Below, piece by piece: positions 17,343 to 28,487 of a DNA stretch of 64,000 bases. The first letter of the stretch is position 1, and the number at the start of each line of letters is the position of its first letter. The translations under genes and the position numbers were made by a program. This DNA comes from an uncultured Gemmatimonadales bacterium (GTDB lineage: Bacteria; Gemmatimonadota; Gemmatimonadetes; Gemmatimonadales; GWC2-71-9), in NCBI GenBank assembly GCA_963704805.1, contig CAVPHS010000001.1:741694-805693 (forward strand). Reading direction: 5' to 3'. Under the pieces are notes generated by a model that worked only from the letters and a program-made list of their open reading frames with translations, searched no databases and had not been told where the DNA came from.

Positions 17343-18825
17343 TTTCACGAAAGCTCGTGGTCCATCCCAGCAACGCCCGCTTCATGTCCTGCCAGTCACC
17401 GCCGTGCGCGCTGCCGCCCGCCCGCCCCACCGTCCACAGCAGGGGAATCGAGACGAGCAGGAAAATGAGATTGGGCATCCACATGGCAAAGAAGGGCGGC
17501 ACGATCAAGCGGTCGCCGAATTCCTCGCCCCCGATCAGGCCCACGTAGTAGACCGAGAAGACCGCCAGGCTCGTGCCGATCACGAGGCCCACGCCGCCGC
17601 GCGGGAAGCGGATCGCCAGCGGCACACCGAGCAGCGCGAAAATGACGCACGCCGCCGAGATCGCCAGCTTCTTCTGGATCTCGACTTCGTAGATCGCGGC
17701 GCGCTGACGGGCGCCGCGCAGACGCTGATCGTACGCCGTCATGGCCGCTTGCTGGGCCACATAGGGGACCACGGTGGCGGGTCGCTGCGGCGGTTTGCGT
17801 ACGCCCTGCGCCTGCGCGGGCGTGGGCGTGACCAGCCGCGCAATCGCGCCGAGGGCCCGGCAGTAGAGCGTCGCCGGGGGCGGTGCCGTGTCGGCGGCGG
17901 ACGCAGGTGGCGGTGTGAGCGGTGCCAGTTTGATGAGCCGCCGCAGCTCCCCCCTGACCGCCATCAGCCCGTCGCGCTGCACCCGCTCCATGTCCTTGCG
18001 CGCGCGCGCGACGACTTCGTCCATCGCGCAGATCGTCATCTCGCGGTCGCCGCGGTAGTCGTCCCCCTCGGTCTGGGTGAACGTATTGCTCACACCGGCG
18101 ACCTTGATGCGGTTGACGGTATAGAATGTCCGGTTGAAGTGTTGTGGATCGCTGCGCTTGATTTCATGGACCTCGCCGTCGCGCAGCGTGAGGTACAAAT
18201 CGGTACCGCCGGGGGTATAGGCCATACGACCCGAGTCGGCCATGATGATGCGGCGCCGGTCAGGGTCCTGTAGATCGTAAATCGTCACGTCACTCATCGT
18301 GTTCGCAGCTGGATCGATGCGGGCGGCGCGCAGGAAGAACTGCCTCGTCACGACCTCATTGATCACCTGTTCCTTCAACTGGAATGTCGGCTTCTTGCGC
18401 TGGATGTCGACGAGGAGCGTCCGCAGCTCGTGATTCGACCGCGGCAGGACCTGGTCGTTCCAGACGAAGGCGATCAGGCCGACCAGCGTCGCGCCGCCGA
18501 CGACCGGCCGGAGCAGCCGGCCGACGCTGATACCGCTGGCTTTCATCGCGGTGATCTCGTTGTCGGCGGCCAGGTGGCTGAACGTGTAGAGCACCGCGAC
18601 GAGCACCGCCATCGGCAGCGTCATCGCGACGATGAACGGAATCGAGAGCGCGAACACCTCGAAAACGACGCCCCACGGCAGTCCCTTGCCCACAAAATTG
18701 CCGAACTGCTTCGCGATCTGATTGACGAGCATCGCGAAGGTGAGCGCCGCGAGCGCGTATCCGAGTGGAGGAACGTGCTGCCGCAGGATGTAACGGCTGA
18801 GGATGCGCACGATGGGTCGCGCCAT
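17305..18825 (-). CDS. lptF: LPS export ABC permease, LptF/LptG family (long form with an enlarged periplasmic insert)
   Basis: 506 aa. The N-terminus ILSRYILRQHVPPLGYALAALTFAMLVNQ is typical, and there are C-terminal TM helices. It lies 2 nt upstream of lptG. Confidence 0.7.
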   Translation of the reverse strand: MARPIVRILSRYILRQHVPPLGYALAALTFAMLVNQIAKQFGNFVGKGLPWGVVFEVFALSIPFIVAMTLPMAVLVAVLYTFSHLAADNEITAMKASGISVGRLLRPVVGGATLVGLIAFVWNDQVLPRSNHELRTLLVDIQRKKPTFQLKEQVINEVVTRQFFLRAARIDPAANTMSDVTIYDLQDPDRRRIIMADSGRMAYTPGGTDLYLTLRDGEVHEIKRSDPQHFNRTFYTVNRIKVAGVSNTFTQTEGDDYRGDREMTICAMDEVVARARKDMERVQRDGLMAVRGELRRLIKLAPLTPPPASAADTAPPPATLYCRALGAIARLVTPTPAQAQGVRKPPQRPATVVPYVAQQAAMTAYDQRLRGARQRAAIYEVEIQKKLAISAACVIFALLGVPLAIRFPRGGVGLVIGTSLAVFSVYYVGLIGGEEFGDRLIVPPFFAMWMPNLIFLLVSIPLLWTVGRAGGSAHGGDWQDMKRALLGWTTSFRESGSRNAERGTGG

Positions 18826-18855
18826 TATATTCGGAACCCCAAGTCTCTACAAGGG

Positions 18856-21800
18856 ATGCGTCGTCTCGCCACGCTAGCGCTACTCGGTTTCACGCTCGGC
18901 GTACCCCAGGTACATGCGCAGGCTCCTGTGTACACGTTTGGCGTGCCGCCGCTCGCTCCGCCACGGAATCCGGCACTCGAGCCAGGCGGACGACTCGGCG
19001 CACGCGTGCCGCCCGCACTCGTCGCCGCGGCGTGGATCGATGCCGTACTGGCACGCCGGCGTCCCTGGTTCACTGTGCCCGCGACGCTCGCCGAAGCGCC
19101 TCCGCCGCCCTCCGCCGCCCCATCGCCGCCCCCCGCCGCCGGCCTCTTAGGCCCCTATGCCGACATCGGCATGCAGCTCAACCTTCGCTTCGAGCTGAAG
19201 GCCGATCAGTTCCGCAACCTGCGATGCACCGCCGCCGATCGCCAGGTGGCACTGTCCGGGTGCCAGAGCGGCTTCCCGACCATCACGCCCAATCCGTTGT
19301 ATTCCTTGCGCACGAGCGGCGTCGTCGCGCAGCGGCTCCACGTGGACGTCGACTTCGACAGCCAGCGCGAATTCGACGCCAACAACAACCTCCGGTTGTG
19401 GTACGAAGGACTGGAAGACGAGATCCTGCGGCGCGTCGAAGCCGGCAACGTCACGTTCCAGATGCCGTCGTCGCGCTTCATCAGCGCCGCCATTCCCGCG
19501 AACAACTTCGGTGTGCAGGCGATCGCCCAGGTCGGACCGATCGAGTTTCGCGGCATCTTTGCCCAGCAGAAGGGCAACATGGTGACGGACCGTATCTACC
19601 ACGTGGGGGAGACGACGAGCCAGCCGATCGACCGCGACGCCCGCGACCTCGACTTCGAGCCGGGCCGGTTCTTCTTTGTGATCGATCCCGCGGCGCTGCC
19701 GGGGTATCCGGCCGTCGATATTTTGTCGCTCGACCAGACGGTGCGGCCCGACTCGCTCACGGTCGCCGCGCTGCGCGTCTACCGGCGCCGCTCGGTCGCG
19801 CCCGGATCCACCGGCAATCAGAACGCGGGCGGCGTCCGCGCAGTCGCGTGCGCCCCGGGTCCACAGGGTCAGGCGATCGACTGCAGCGGGCAGCGCGCCG
19901 GACCCTTCGAGTGGGAGATCCTCGAGGAGCGCAAAGACTACTACGTCGATCCGTCGGGGACCTGGTTCGCCCTCGCGAACCGGCTCGATCAGAACGACAA
20001 CCTCGCGGTCTCGTATATCACCGCCAGCCGGGCGGACTCGATCGGCACGTTTCCCATCGAGGTGAACGCCGACACCTCCGTGGTCGATACGCTGCGGTTG
20101 ATCTACGATCCCAATCCCGGCCTGACAGCGGCTGCGCCGTCGTTTCGCTTCGAGATCCGCAACGCGTATCGCGTCGGCGGCCGCGAGGTGAACCGCGAGT
20201 CGCTGGCGCTCGCCTTGATGGTCAACCAGCGCGAGCGCTCGCCCGCCGGCCAGCCGTACCTCAGCGTGCTCGGCGTCGCGCTCGAGACCGACCCGAATCA
20301 GTTCGATCAGTACAACCGGCTGTTTCCACGCTCGCGCGATCCCAGTCAAGGCGATCCGGTGCGCGATCTGTTCGTCATTTTCCCCCACCTCACGCCGTTC
20401 GCCGATGCCACGAAACTCTCGGCCAGCGAGCGCAACGATTCGCTGTATCGCACACCGCGCGTCTACCTCACCACGCAGGCGCCCCCGTCGGTGTTCGCCC
20501 TGCGATTGCACCTCGAGGCGGCGGCCTCGGATGACCGGTCGGTGCTGTCGCTCAACAGCTTCCAGATCCGCGAGGGCAGCGAGCGGATCTACGTGGGTAA
20601 CGCCCTGCTGGTGCGCGACGTCGACTACTCCATCGACTACACCACGGGGCAGGTGCAATTCACGCACGCCGATTCGCTGTTTCCCGCCGGCAGGGCCGAC
20701 GTGCGCGCCCAGTTCGAGGAGCGGGCCGCGTTCAGCCTCGCCCCGACGTCGATCTATGGGCTGGCCGCCCGCTACGACCTCGGCGCGGTGGGACAGGTCA
20801 ACTTTACCGGCCTGTTTCAGAACGAGCAGAGCTCGTTCAACCGCCCGCCGCTGGGCTTCGAGCCGTCGTCCAGCTTCATCGGCGGCCTTTCCACCCAATT
20901 GCATTTTCAGCCGGCGTGGCTGACGCGCTTCGCCGATCTCCTTCCGGGCGTCCGCACCGACGCCCTCTCGTCCCTCGCGATCTCGGGCGAGGTCGCGATG
21001 TCGAAACCGAGTCCCAACCGGTTTGGCCAGGCGTACATCGAGGAGTTTGAATCAGGGGCGGCGCGGTTTATTAGCCTGGCCGAGAACGCCTGGCATTGGG
21101 GCAGTATCCCCTCGTCGACCCGCGGCGCCGAACCGTCTGGGATCGTGGCGAGCTTCGATCCCACCCAGGCCGGGTTCCTGACGTGGCAGAGCCTACCGTA
21201 CAACAACAACAACGGCACGCTGCAGCCGATTCAGTTCTTTCCGCAGCAGATCGATCCGACCATCCGTCTCGCCGGCCAGACGACCGCCGCCGAGCCGGTG
21301 CTCTGGCTCATGCTCAAGCCGGATACGGTGCTGGGGCTCGCGAACAACACGCCGAGCTCGCCGAGCTTCGGCGTGCCGAACTGGGTCCAGCCGCCGACCA
21401 ACGCGCCGCGCTGGCGCTCGATCACGCAGACGCTCTCGCCGACCGGCGTCGACCTGTCCCGGACGGAGTTTCTGGAGTTCTGGGTGTGGGAGAACGGCTC
21501 GCGCGTCGCCAAGCAGAACCGCACGGTCGTCATGTTCGACTTCGGGTCTGTGTTCGAGGATGCCCTCGCGTTCGTACCCACTTCGTTCACTGTCAGCCCG
21601 ACCGGCGATACGACCTACACTGGTATTCGCCAAACCGGCGTGGGACGGCTCGACAGCGAGCGCGACCCGCGCACGCAGACCTGGAGCGCCACGATCAACG
21701 ACGAGGGCATCCTCTCGGACCGCGTCGTGGACGGCATCAACGACGCGACGCACGCAACCACGATCGACACGCTGCCGTTGTGCAGCCTGACCGAGGATGG

Positions 21801-24800
21801 CCAGCTCATTCCGTTCGTGTTCGGCGACGTACGGTCGCGCTGCGGCCGGCACAACGGCGTGGCCGACACGGAGGATCAAGACGGCGACTTTGCGCTCGAT
21901 TCGGCGAGCGGAGTGAAGACGGCCGAGAACTTCGTACGGTACGTCTTCCTGATCGGCGACGACCGCTTTTACGTGCGCGACGGCGGCATGTTGCCCGATC
22001 CCGCCGGCGGGACAGCGGGATGGCGCCTGTATCGCATCCCCTTCCGTACCGACTCACTGCAGATCGGCACCCCCAACCTCCGTCAGGTTCAAGCGCTGCG
22101 CATCACCGTCATCACTCCGGCGACGGGCATTCCAGGTCCCGCGCCGCAGGTGTACTTCGCGCTGTCGCGCGTGCGACTCATCGGGAGCAGCTGGGTCAAG
22201 CGGAGCGATACGCCGATCAAGGGCATCGCCGGCCAGCGCGGCACCGGCAGCGGCGAGGTCGTGGCCTCGATCGTGAGCACCGAGAACACCGATCTCGGCT
22301 ACACGCCTCCTCCCGGCGTCGTCGATCAGGCGGGGCGCCGCGACGCGTCCTTCCAGCTCGGGGCCGTCCAAATCAACGAGCGCTCGATGCGGGTGCTGGC
22401 GCGCGGTCTGGGCCAAGGCGAGCGCGCGGAAACGTATCTGCGCTTCACGACCGAGGGCGACAAGAATTTTCTCAAGTACCGGTCGCTGCGCGCCTGGGCG
22501 CGAGGCCGAGGACCGGGGTGGGAAGACGGAGACCTCGAGTTCTTCATCAAAGCGGGGAAAGACCAGGACAACTTCTATCTGTATCACGCACCGGCGCGGA
22601 CGATCTCTTGGGAGCCCGAGGTGCACGTGGACTTCGATCGCTGGCTGGCGCTGCGCGCCCGGATCGAACAGGCGTGGCTCTCGGGGGATACGCCGCAGGT
22701 CTACGCCGGCTGTCCCGATACCACGCTCGTCCCGTTCGATACCGCGTACGTCATGTGCGATGGGCCGTACATCGCGCATGTGAAAGACCCCGGCACGGCC
22801 CCTCCCAATCTTGCGGGCGTCCAGGAAATCGCCGCCGGCATCTTTCGCGTGAACAGCAACGTGTTCATCGACCAGGCGGAGCTCTGGGTTGACGACATTC
22901 GGTTGGACGATGTCGTGCAGGAAACCGGTATGGCGGGCGCGCTGGATGTCTCACTCACGGCGGCCGACGTCGCCGACGTTGCGGTGAGCGTGTCGCGACG
23001 CGACGGACAGTTCAGGCAATTAGGCCAGGACCCCAGTTACCTCACCGACAACGCCGCGAACATCGCCGGGACCGTGCGATTCGACCGGTTCCTGCCGCAA
23101 ACCTGGGGCGTGTCGATTCCAATCACCCTCAGCCATACCATCGCGGCGAGCGATCCGTTCTATCTGACGAATACGGACATTCGCGCGGACGCCTTGCCGG
23201 GCCTGCGCCGCCCACACGCCACCAGCTCGACCTACACGTTCTCCGCACGAAGAATTCGCCGTTCGAGGCGCCTCCTGGGTCGCTGGCTGGTCGACCCGCT
23301 CTCGCTCAGCGGCGCATTCAACACCGGCGGCTCGCGATCCGAGCTCGCGCAAGCCTCCGGCACGAGCTACGGCTTCAACCTCGACTACACGTTGCTGCCC
23401 GGCGCGCGCACCGTGCGCATCGCCGGCGCGAATCTGCGGATCAATCCGTCGGCCGTGACAGTCCGGTCCGGACTCGCGGGGAGTGACGCCGAGCGGTTTA
23501 CGTTTACCGTGCCAATCCCGCGCGGCGACGACACGTTGCCGCCCTCGCTGTCCAAAACGCGGCTGTGGCGCAACTCGGCACGGGTGGACCTGCTCCCCCT
23601 GACCGGTCTGCAGTTCAACGTCGAGGCGGCATCCACGCGCGACCTGCGCGACTACGGCGATTCGACCACGATGGGACGGCTGCTGCGTCAGGAGCGGGAG
23701 ACATTCCTGGGGATGGACGTTGGCGTCGAGACGCAACGGTCGCTGACCAGCGGTCTCAGCCTGACGCCGCGCATTGCCGCGTGGATACGGCCCCGCTTGT
23801 CGGCGATCTCGGGCTTCAACTTCTCCCGCGATCCCAACGCCCGGCAGCCCATCCGTACGACCGGCGACAGCGCGGGAGAGTTCCGCGTCCCCGCGGCGTT
23901 CAGCAACACGCGGCGAGTCGACCTGGGAGCCCAGCTCGACATCGGCCGGCTGGCCAAGGCGATCTTTGGCGACTCCTCAGGCGTCGGCATCTGGCTTACC
24001 CGGATCGCCCCGGTCGATGTCTCCTACGGCCGCCAGCGGGGCTCGAGCTATAACCTCGCGACCGATCTGCCGGGGCTCGGCTACCGGCTCGGCTGGGGCG
24101 GTTTGGAGGATTTTCAGAGCGTCAACGGACAGCTCGCCACGTCGGCGGTGCAGAACTCGGTGCTCACGGCTGGTGGCGGGGTGAGTCCGGGCCTCGGCCT
24201 GCGCGTGACGGCGACGTACCGCCAGACGAACAACGTCGCCTGGACGCTGCGCGCGGATGAGCAGGTGCCGCTCCGCTCGAGCATTCGAGACTGGCCCAAT
24301 GGGCAGATCGCCTGGACGGTGACGCCGTCGAAGCAGAGCATCGGTCGGATCATTCCGCGTATTCTCGCCCAGGTGTCGTACCGCAAGTCGCAGACGGCCA
24401 ACGAGCAGCCCACTTTCCAGGACGGGAGCAGCGTGATCACGCGCACGATCGACGAGGCGTTGAATCCTTCGGTGTCGCTGTCGCTGCCCGCCGGAATCCT
24501 GGTGACCACCGACTGGGCGCGCAGCAACGGCGATCGCCTCGCGGCCGGAAGCCTGTTCCATACGGAGCGCAACTCGCAGAATACCTCGCTGACGTTTTCG
24601 TTCCGGCCTCCCGGTGGCTCGAGCCGCTGGCGCAACGTCATCCGGACGACCGGAGGGTACAACGTGACGGCCAATACGACCTGCCTGCGGGGTGCGGGGC
24701 AGAGCGCCTGCGTGCCGTATGTAGACAGCCGTCAGGCGCAGGCGCAGCTTACCATGGACACCGATCTCCCCTCCAACATGAGCGCGGGGCTGCAAATGGC

Positions 24801-24900
24801 CTACGTACTGAACGAAGAGCGGCAGACGAACCGGAAGATCTCGCAGTTCGTGATTACGGCATTCGTCCAGTTGTCGGCGAGTGTGGGGCAACTGAAATGA
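18856..24900 (+). CDS. sprA: Very large (about 2014 aa) outer-membrane protein, SprA-like (candidate T9SS translocon)
   Basis: The start was moved to ATG 18856 (MRRLATLALLGFTLGVPQVHAQ signal peptide). The segment EAGNVTFQMPSSRFISAAIPANNFGVQAIAQVGPIEFRGIFAQQKGN resembles, from memory, the conserved SprA-family N-terminal block. Size, beta-rich composition, and nearby CTD cargo and PorV-like genes support the call. No HMM was run. Confidence 0.5.
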   Translation: MRRLATLALLGFTLGVPQVHAQAPVYTFGVPPLAPPRNPALEPGGRLGARVPPALVAAAWIDAVLARRRPWFTVPATLAEAPPPPSAAPSPPPAAGLLGPYADIGMQLNLRFELKADQFRNLRCTAADRQVALSGCQSGFPTITPNPLYSLRTSGVVAQRLHVDVDFDSQREFDANNNLRLWYEGLEDEILRRVEAGNVTFQMPSSRFISAAIPANNFGVQAIAQVGPIEFRGIFAQQKGNMVTDRIYHVGETTSQPIDRDARDLDFEPGRFFFVIDPAALPGYPAVDILSLDQTVRPDSLTVAALRVYRRRSVAPGSTGNQNAGGVRAVACAPGPQGQAIDCSGQRAGPFEWEILEERKDYYVDPSGTWFALANRLDQNDNLAVSYITASRADSIGTFPIEVNADTSVVDTLRLIYDPNPGLTAAAPSFRFEIRNAYRVGGREVNRESLALALMVNQRERSPAGQPYLSVLGVALETDPNQFDQYNRLFPRSRDPSQGDPVRDLFVIFPHLTPFADATKLSASERNDSLYRTPRVYLTTQAPPSVFALRLHLEAAASDDRSVLSLNSFQIREGSERIYVGNALLVRDVDYSIDYTTGQVQFTHADSLFPAGRADVRAQFEERAAFSLAPTSIYGLAARYDLGAVGQVNFTGLFQNEQSSFNRPPLGFEPSSSFIGGLSTQLHFQPAWLTRFADLLPGVRTDALSSLAISGEVAMSKPSPNRFGQAYIEEFESGAARFISLAENAWHWGSIPSSTRGAEPSGIVASFDPTQAGFLTWQSLPYNNNNGTLQPIQFFPQQIDPTIRLAGQTTAAEPVLWLMLKPDTVLGLANNTPSSPSFGVPNWVQPPTNAPRWRSITQTLSPTGVDLSRTEFLEFWVWENGSRVAKQNRTVVMFDFGSVFEDALAFVPTSFTVSPTGDTTYTGIRQTGVGRLDSERDPRTQTWSATINDEGILSDRVVDGINDATHATTIDTLPLCSLTEDGQLIPFVFGDVRSRCGRHNGVADTEDQDGDFALDSASGVKTAENFVRYVFLIGDDRFYVRDGGMLPDPAGGTAGWRLYRIPFRTDSLQIGTPNLRQVQALRITVITPATGIPGPAPQVYFALSRVRLIGSSWVKRSDTPIKGIAGQRGTGSGEVVASIVSTENTDLGYTPPPGVVDQAGRRDASFQLGAVQINERSMRVLARGLGQGERAETYLRFTTEGDKNFLKYRSLRAWARGRGPGWEDGDLEFFIKAGKDQDNFYLYHAPARTISWEPEVHVDFDRWLALRARIEQAWLSGDTPQVYAGCPDTTLVPFDTAYVMCDGPYIAHVKDPGTAPPNLAGVQEIAAGIFRVNSNVFIDQAELWVDDIRLDDVVQETGMAGALDVSLTAADVADVAVSVSRRDGQFRQLGQDPSYLTDNAANIAGTVRFDRFLPQTWGVSIPITLSHTIAASDPFYLTNTDIRADALPGLRRPHATSSTYTFSARRIRRSRRLLGRWLVDPLSLSGAFNTGGSRSELAQASGTSYGFNLDYTLLPGARTVRIAGANLRINPSAVTVRSGLAGSDAERFTFTVPIPRGDDTLPPSLSKTRLWRNSARVDLLPLTGLQFNVEAASTRDLRDYGDSTTMGRLLRQERETFLGMDVGVETQRSLTSGLSLTPRIAAWIRPRLSAISGFNFSRDPNARQPIRTTGDSAGEFRVPAAFSNTRRVDLGAQLDIGRLAKAIFGDSSGVGIWLTRIAPVDVSYGRQRGSSYNLATDLPGLGYRLGWGGLEDFQSVNGQLATSAVQNSVLTAGGGVSPGLGLRVTATYRQTNNVAWTLRADEQVPLRSSIRDWPNGQIAWTVTPSKQSIGRIIPRILAQVSYRKSQTANEQPTFQDGSSVITRTIDEALNPSVSLSLPAGILVTTDWARSNGDRLAAGSLFHTERNSQNTSLTFSFRPPGGSSRWRNVIRTTGGYNVTANTTCLRGAGQSACVPYVDSRQAQAQLTMDTDLPSNMSAGLQMAYVLNEERQTNRKISQFVITAFVQLSASVGQLK

Positions 24901-25817
24901 GGTGCGTGGTGCGTGGTGCGTCGTGCGTCGTACTGCTCGCTGGGTTGGCGTGTCAGGCGCGCGCGGGAGCTGATAAGGCCGTGGGCCCCGTGGAGTTCAA
25001 CGGGCGTACCGCGTTCACGTATGTCGAGAAACAGATGTCGTTCGGGCCACGCATTCCGAACAAGCCGGGTCATCGCCAGACCGGCGACTGGCTGCTGGGC
25101 GAGCTGCGAGCTCGCGCCGACACGGTCATCGTGCAGGAAATCCGCCACGTCACGCATAAGGGCGACACACTCCACCTGCGCAACTTCTTCGCTCGCTTCC
25201 GCCCGCAGGCGACCGAGCGCGTGTTGTTCCTGGCGCATTGGGACACGCGACCGATGGCGGACCGCAGCATGAACGTCGCGCAGCAGCGTATGCCGGTGCC
25301 AGGGGCCAACGACGGCGCATCGGGTGTCGCCGTACTGTTGGGCGTCGCCGATGCCCTCAAAGCGCAGCCGCCGGCTAATGGCGTGGATCTGCTGTTTGTG
25401 GACGGCGAGGACTTCGGCGACTTTGCGGACACGAACGATGTGCTGATTGGCTCACGCTGGTTCGCGGCACACCAGCCACCGGGTTACCAGCCGCTGTATG
25501 CCGTCCTCTTCGACATGGTGGGCGACAAGGACCTGCAGATTCACCAGGAGGGCAACTCGGCTGCGTTCGCCCCCGAGGTCGTGCAGCGCGTCTGGAGAGT
25601 CGCCGCGGCTCGCGGTCATGAGCGCCAGTTCGTGCCCGATGTGCGCCACACACTCACCGACGATCATGTGTCGCTACAGAAGGCGGGGATCCACGCGATC
25701 GATGTCGTTGATTTCGATTACCCTTATTGGCATACGACCGAGGACACGATCGATAAGGTAAGCGGCGAGAGTTTGCAGATTGTTGGTGATGTCGCCGTTG
25801 CTTTGGTACGGCAGTAA
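24897..25817 (+). CDS. M28-family peptidase / glutaminyl-cyclase-like protein
   Basis: Motifs FLAHWDTRPMAD, GANDGASGVAVLLGVADAL, LLFVDGEDFG and YWHTTEDT. It has an N-terminal signal-like segment. Its ATG overlaps the stop of the SprA-like gene (ATGA at 24897-24900). Confidence 0.7.
   Translation: MRCVVRGASCVVLLAGLACQARAGADKAVGPVEFNGRTAFTYVEKQMSFGPRIPNKPGHRQTGDWLLGELRARADTVIVQEIRHVTHKGDTLHLRNFFARFRPQATERVLFLAHWDTRPMADRSMNVAQQRMPVPGANDGASGVAVLLGVADALKAQPPANGVDLLFVDGEDFGDFADTNDVLIGSRWFAAHQPPGYQPLYAVLFDMVGDKDLQIHQEGNSAAFAPEVVQRVWRVAAARGHERQFVPDVRHTLTDDHVSLQKAGIHAIDVVDFDYPYWHTTEDTIDKVSGESLQIVGDVAVALVRQ
24901..24931 (+). repeat. Heptamer-repeat arm 1 (GGTGCGT)n
   Basis: GGTGCGTGGTGCGTGGTGCGTCGTGCGTCGT, read directly. 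It encodes residues 2-11 of the M28 protein and is in direct orientation with arm 2. Confidence 0.9.
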
Positions 25818-25826
25818 CGGTACACA

Positions 25827-25855
25827 GTGCGTGGTGCGCAGTACGTGGTGCGTAG
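25827..25855 (+). repeat. Heptamer-repeat arm 2, the left arm of an inverted repeat bracketing the four-helix-bundle gene
   Basis: GTGCGTGGTGCGCAGTACGTGGTGCGTAG. It matches the reverse complement of 26273-26304 at 26 of 29 positions (blocks of 12 and 13 bp plus one further match). Confidence 0.9.
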
Positions 25856-25918
25856 TTTTGCGAGCCGACGCGTTAGTTCGATGATCGGTAAGACTGAGTG
25901 AGCGACATCTTGTGCTGA

Positions 25919-26308
25919 ATGGACAGCTATCGCTCACTCGAAGCGTGGAAACACGCGCACGCCGCGGTAATCCTTCTTCATAAGGCCACCGAAGATCGAA
26001 ATCGCCCGAAATACTGGGCCATTCTGGATCAATTGCGACGCGCCGTTATCTCGGTAGAAACCAACATTGTTGAGGGCTACGCACTCGCGACACAGGCACA
26101 GTGTCGCCGCCACCTCTGGATCGCCTTCGGTTCTGCTGCCGAGTCCGAGTGCTTGGTTCGTGCAGTTGTTGAGCTTGGGTATCTCGATGTGGCAGTCACG
26201 CGCGAATTGGAAGCTCTCCTGAGCGGAGCACTGCGAACCCTTCGAGGCTTACTGCGTGCGCCGCCACGCAATCCCACGCACCACGTACCACGCACCACGC
26301 ACCCGTAG
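25919..26308 (+). CDS. Four-helix-bundle protein (23S rRNA intervening-sequence protein family)
   Basis: 129 aa. SLEAWKHAHAAVILLHKAT..LDQLRRAVISVETNIVEGYA..HLWIAFGSAAESECLVRAVVELGYL is the typical pattern of this family. The C-terminal 12 aa are encoded by repeat arm 3. Confidence 0.75.
   Translation: MDSYRSLEAWKHAHAAVILLHKATEDRNRPKYWAILDQLRRAVISVETNIVEGYALATQAQCRRHLWIAFGSAAESECLVRAVVELGYLDVAVTRELEALLSGALRTLRGLLRAPPRNPTHHVPRTTHP
26273..26304 (-). repeat. Heptamer-repeat arm 3 (inverted), the right arm bracketing the four-helix-bundle gene
   Basis: CCCACGCACCACGTACCACGCACCACGCACCC, the reverse complement of GGGTGCGTGGTGCGTGGTACGTGGTGCGTGGG. Confidence 0.9.
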
Positions 26309-26719
26309 ATGGATGACAAACGCGCCGCGCTCCTGCTTGCCTGCCTCGCATTAGCCGGCGCAGGCGTTCGTCATTTCCTCTCACCCTCACCTTCTTCTCC
26401 GCCTGGTGACGTTCAGCTCCAATCCGCTTCAGCCCCGAGGCCTCTCGGGTTGCAAGAGACGGCCCGGCGCGCGGCGCAGCTCTCCCGATCCCTGTTGCCG
26501 GGAGAGCGCATCGACCTCGATCATGCCGACGTGAGCGAAATCACACGCCTGCCGCGCGTCGGCCCGGCGCTGGCCCAACGCATCGTCGCATGGCGCACCG
26601 AACACGGTCCATTTGGCAGTGTCGCCCAACTGGATAGCGTATCGGGTGTTGGACCCAAGCTGCTCGACGCAATTCGTCCCTTCATATCGTTTTCGGGGGA
26701 GCCCGCCGCAAAACCTTGA
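26309..26719 (+). CDS. comEA: ComEA-like helix-hairpin-helix DNA-binding (competence) protein
   Basis: It has an N-terminal TM/signal segment. The C-terminal IDLDHADVSEITRLPRVGPALAQRIVAWRTEHGPFGSVAQLDSVSGVGPKLLDAIRPFISF is a tandem HhH of the ComEA type. The ATG immediately follows the stop of the preceding gene. Confidence 0.7.
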   Translation: MDDKRAALLLACLALAGAGVRHFLSPSPSSPPGDVQLQSASAPRPLGLQETARRAAQLSRSLLPGERIDLDHADVSEITRLPRVGPALAQRIVAWRTEHGPFGSVAQLDSVSGVGPKLLDAIRPFISFSGEPAAKP

Positions 26720-26765
26720 CCCGATAAGTCCAGAAACACATGTTAGTCCCCTCATTTTCAACGAG

Positions 26766-28475
<1,710 letters not shown>

Positions 28476-28487
28476 GGAGAGGAAGCA

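Noticed and set aside
18430-18855. N-terminal extensions of several ORF-track entries: 18430 for the SprA-like gene, 3825 for porV-like, 6544 for the lipoprotein, 26613 for pilB, 43917 for the regulator, 47265 for PilX-like and 54090 for pilP.
   Set aside because: The extensions overlap neighbouring genes, are Arg/Pro-rich nonsense, and are followed by an internal start that yields a proper signal peptide or conserved N-terminus with an SD. The internal starts were used instead.
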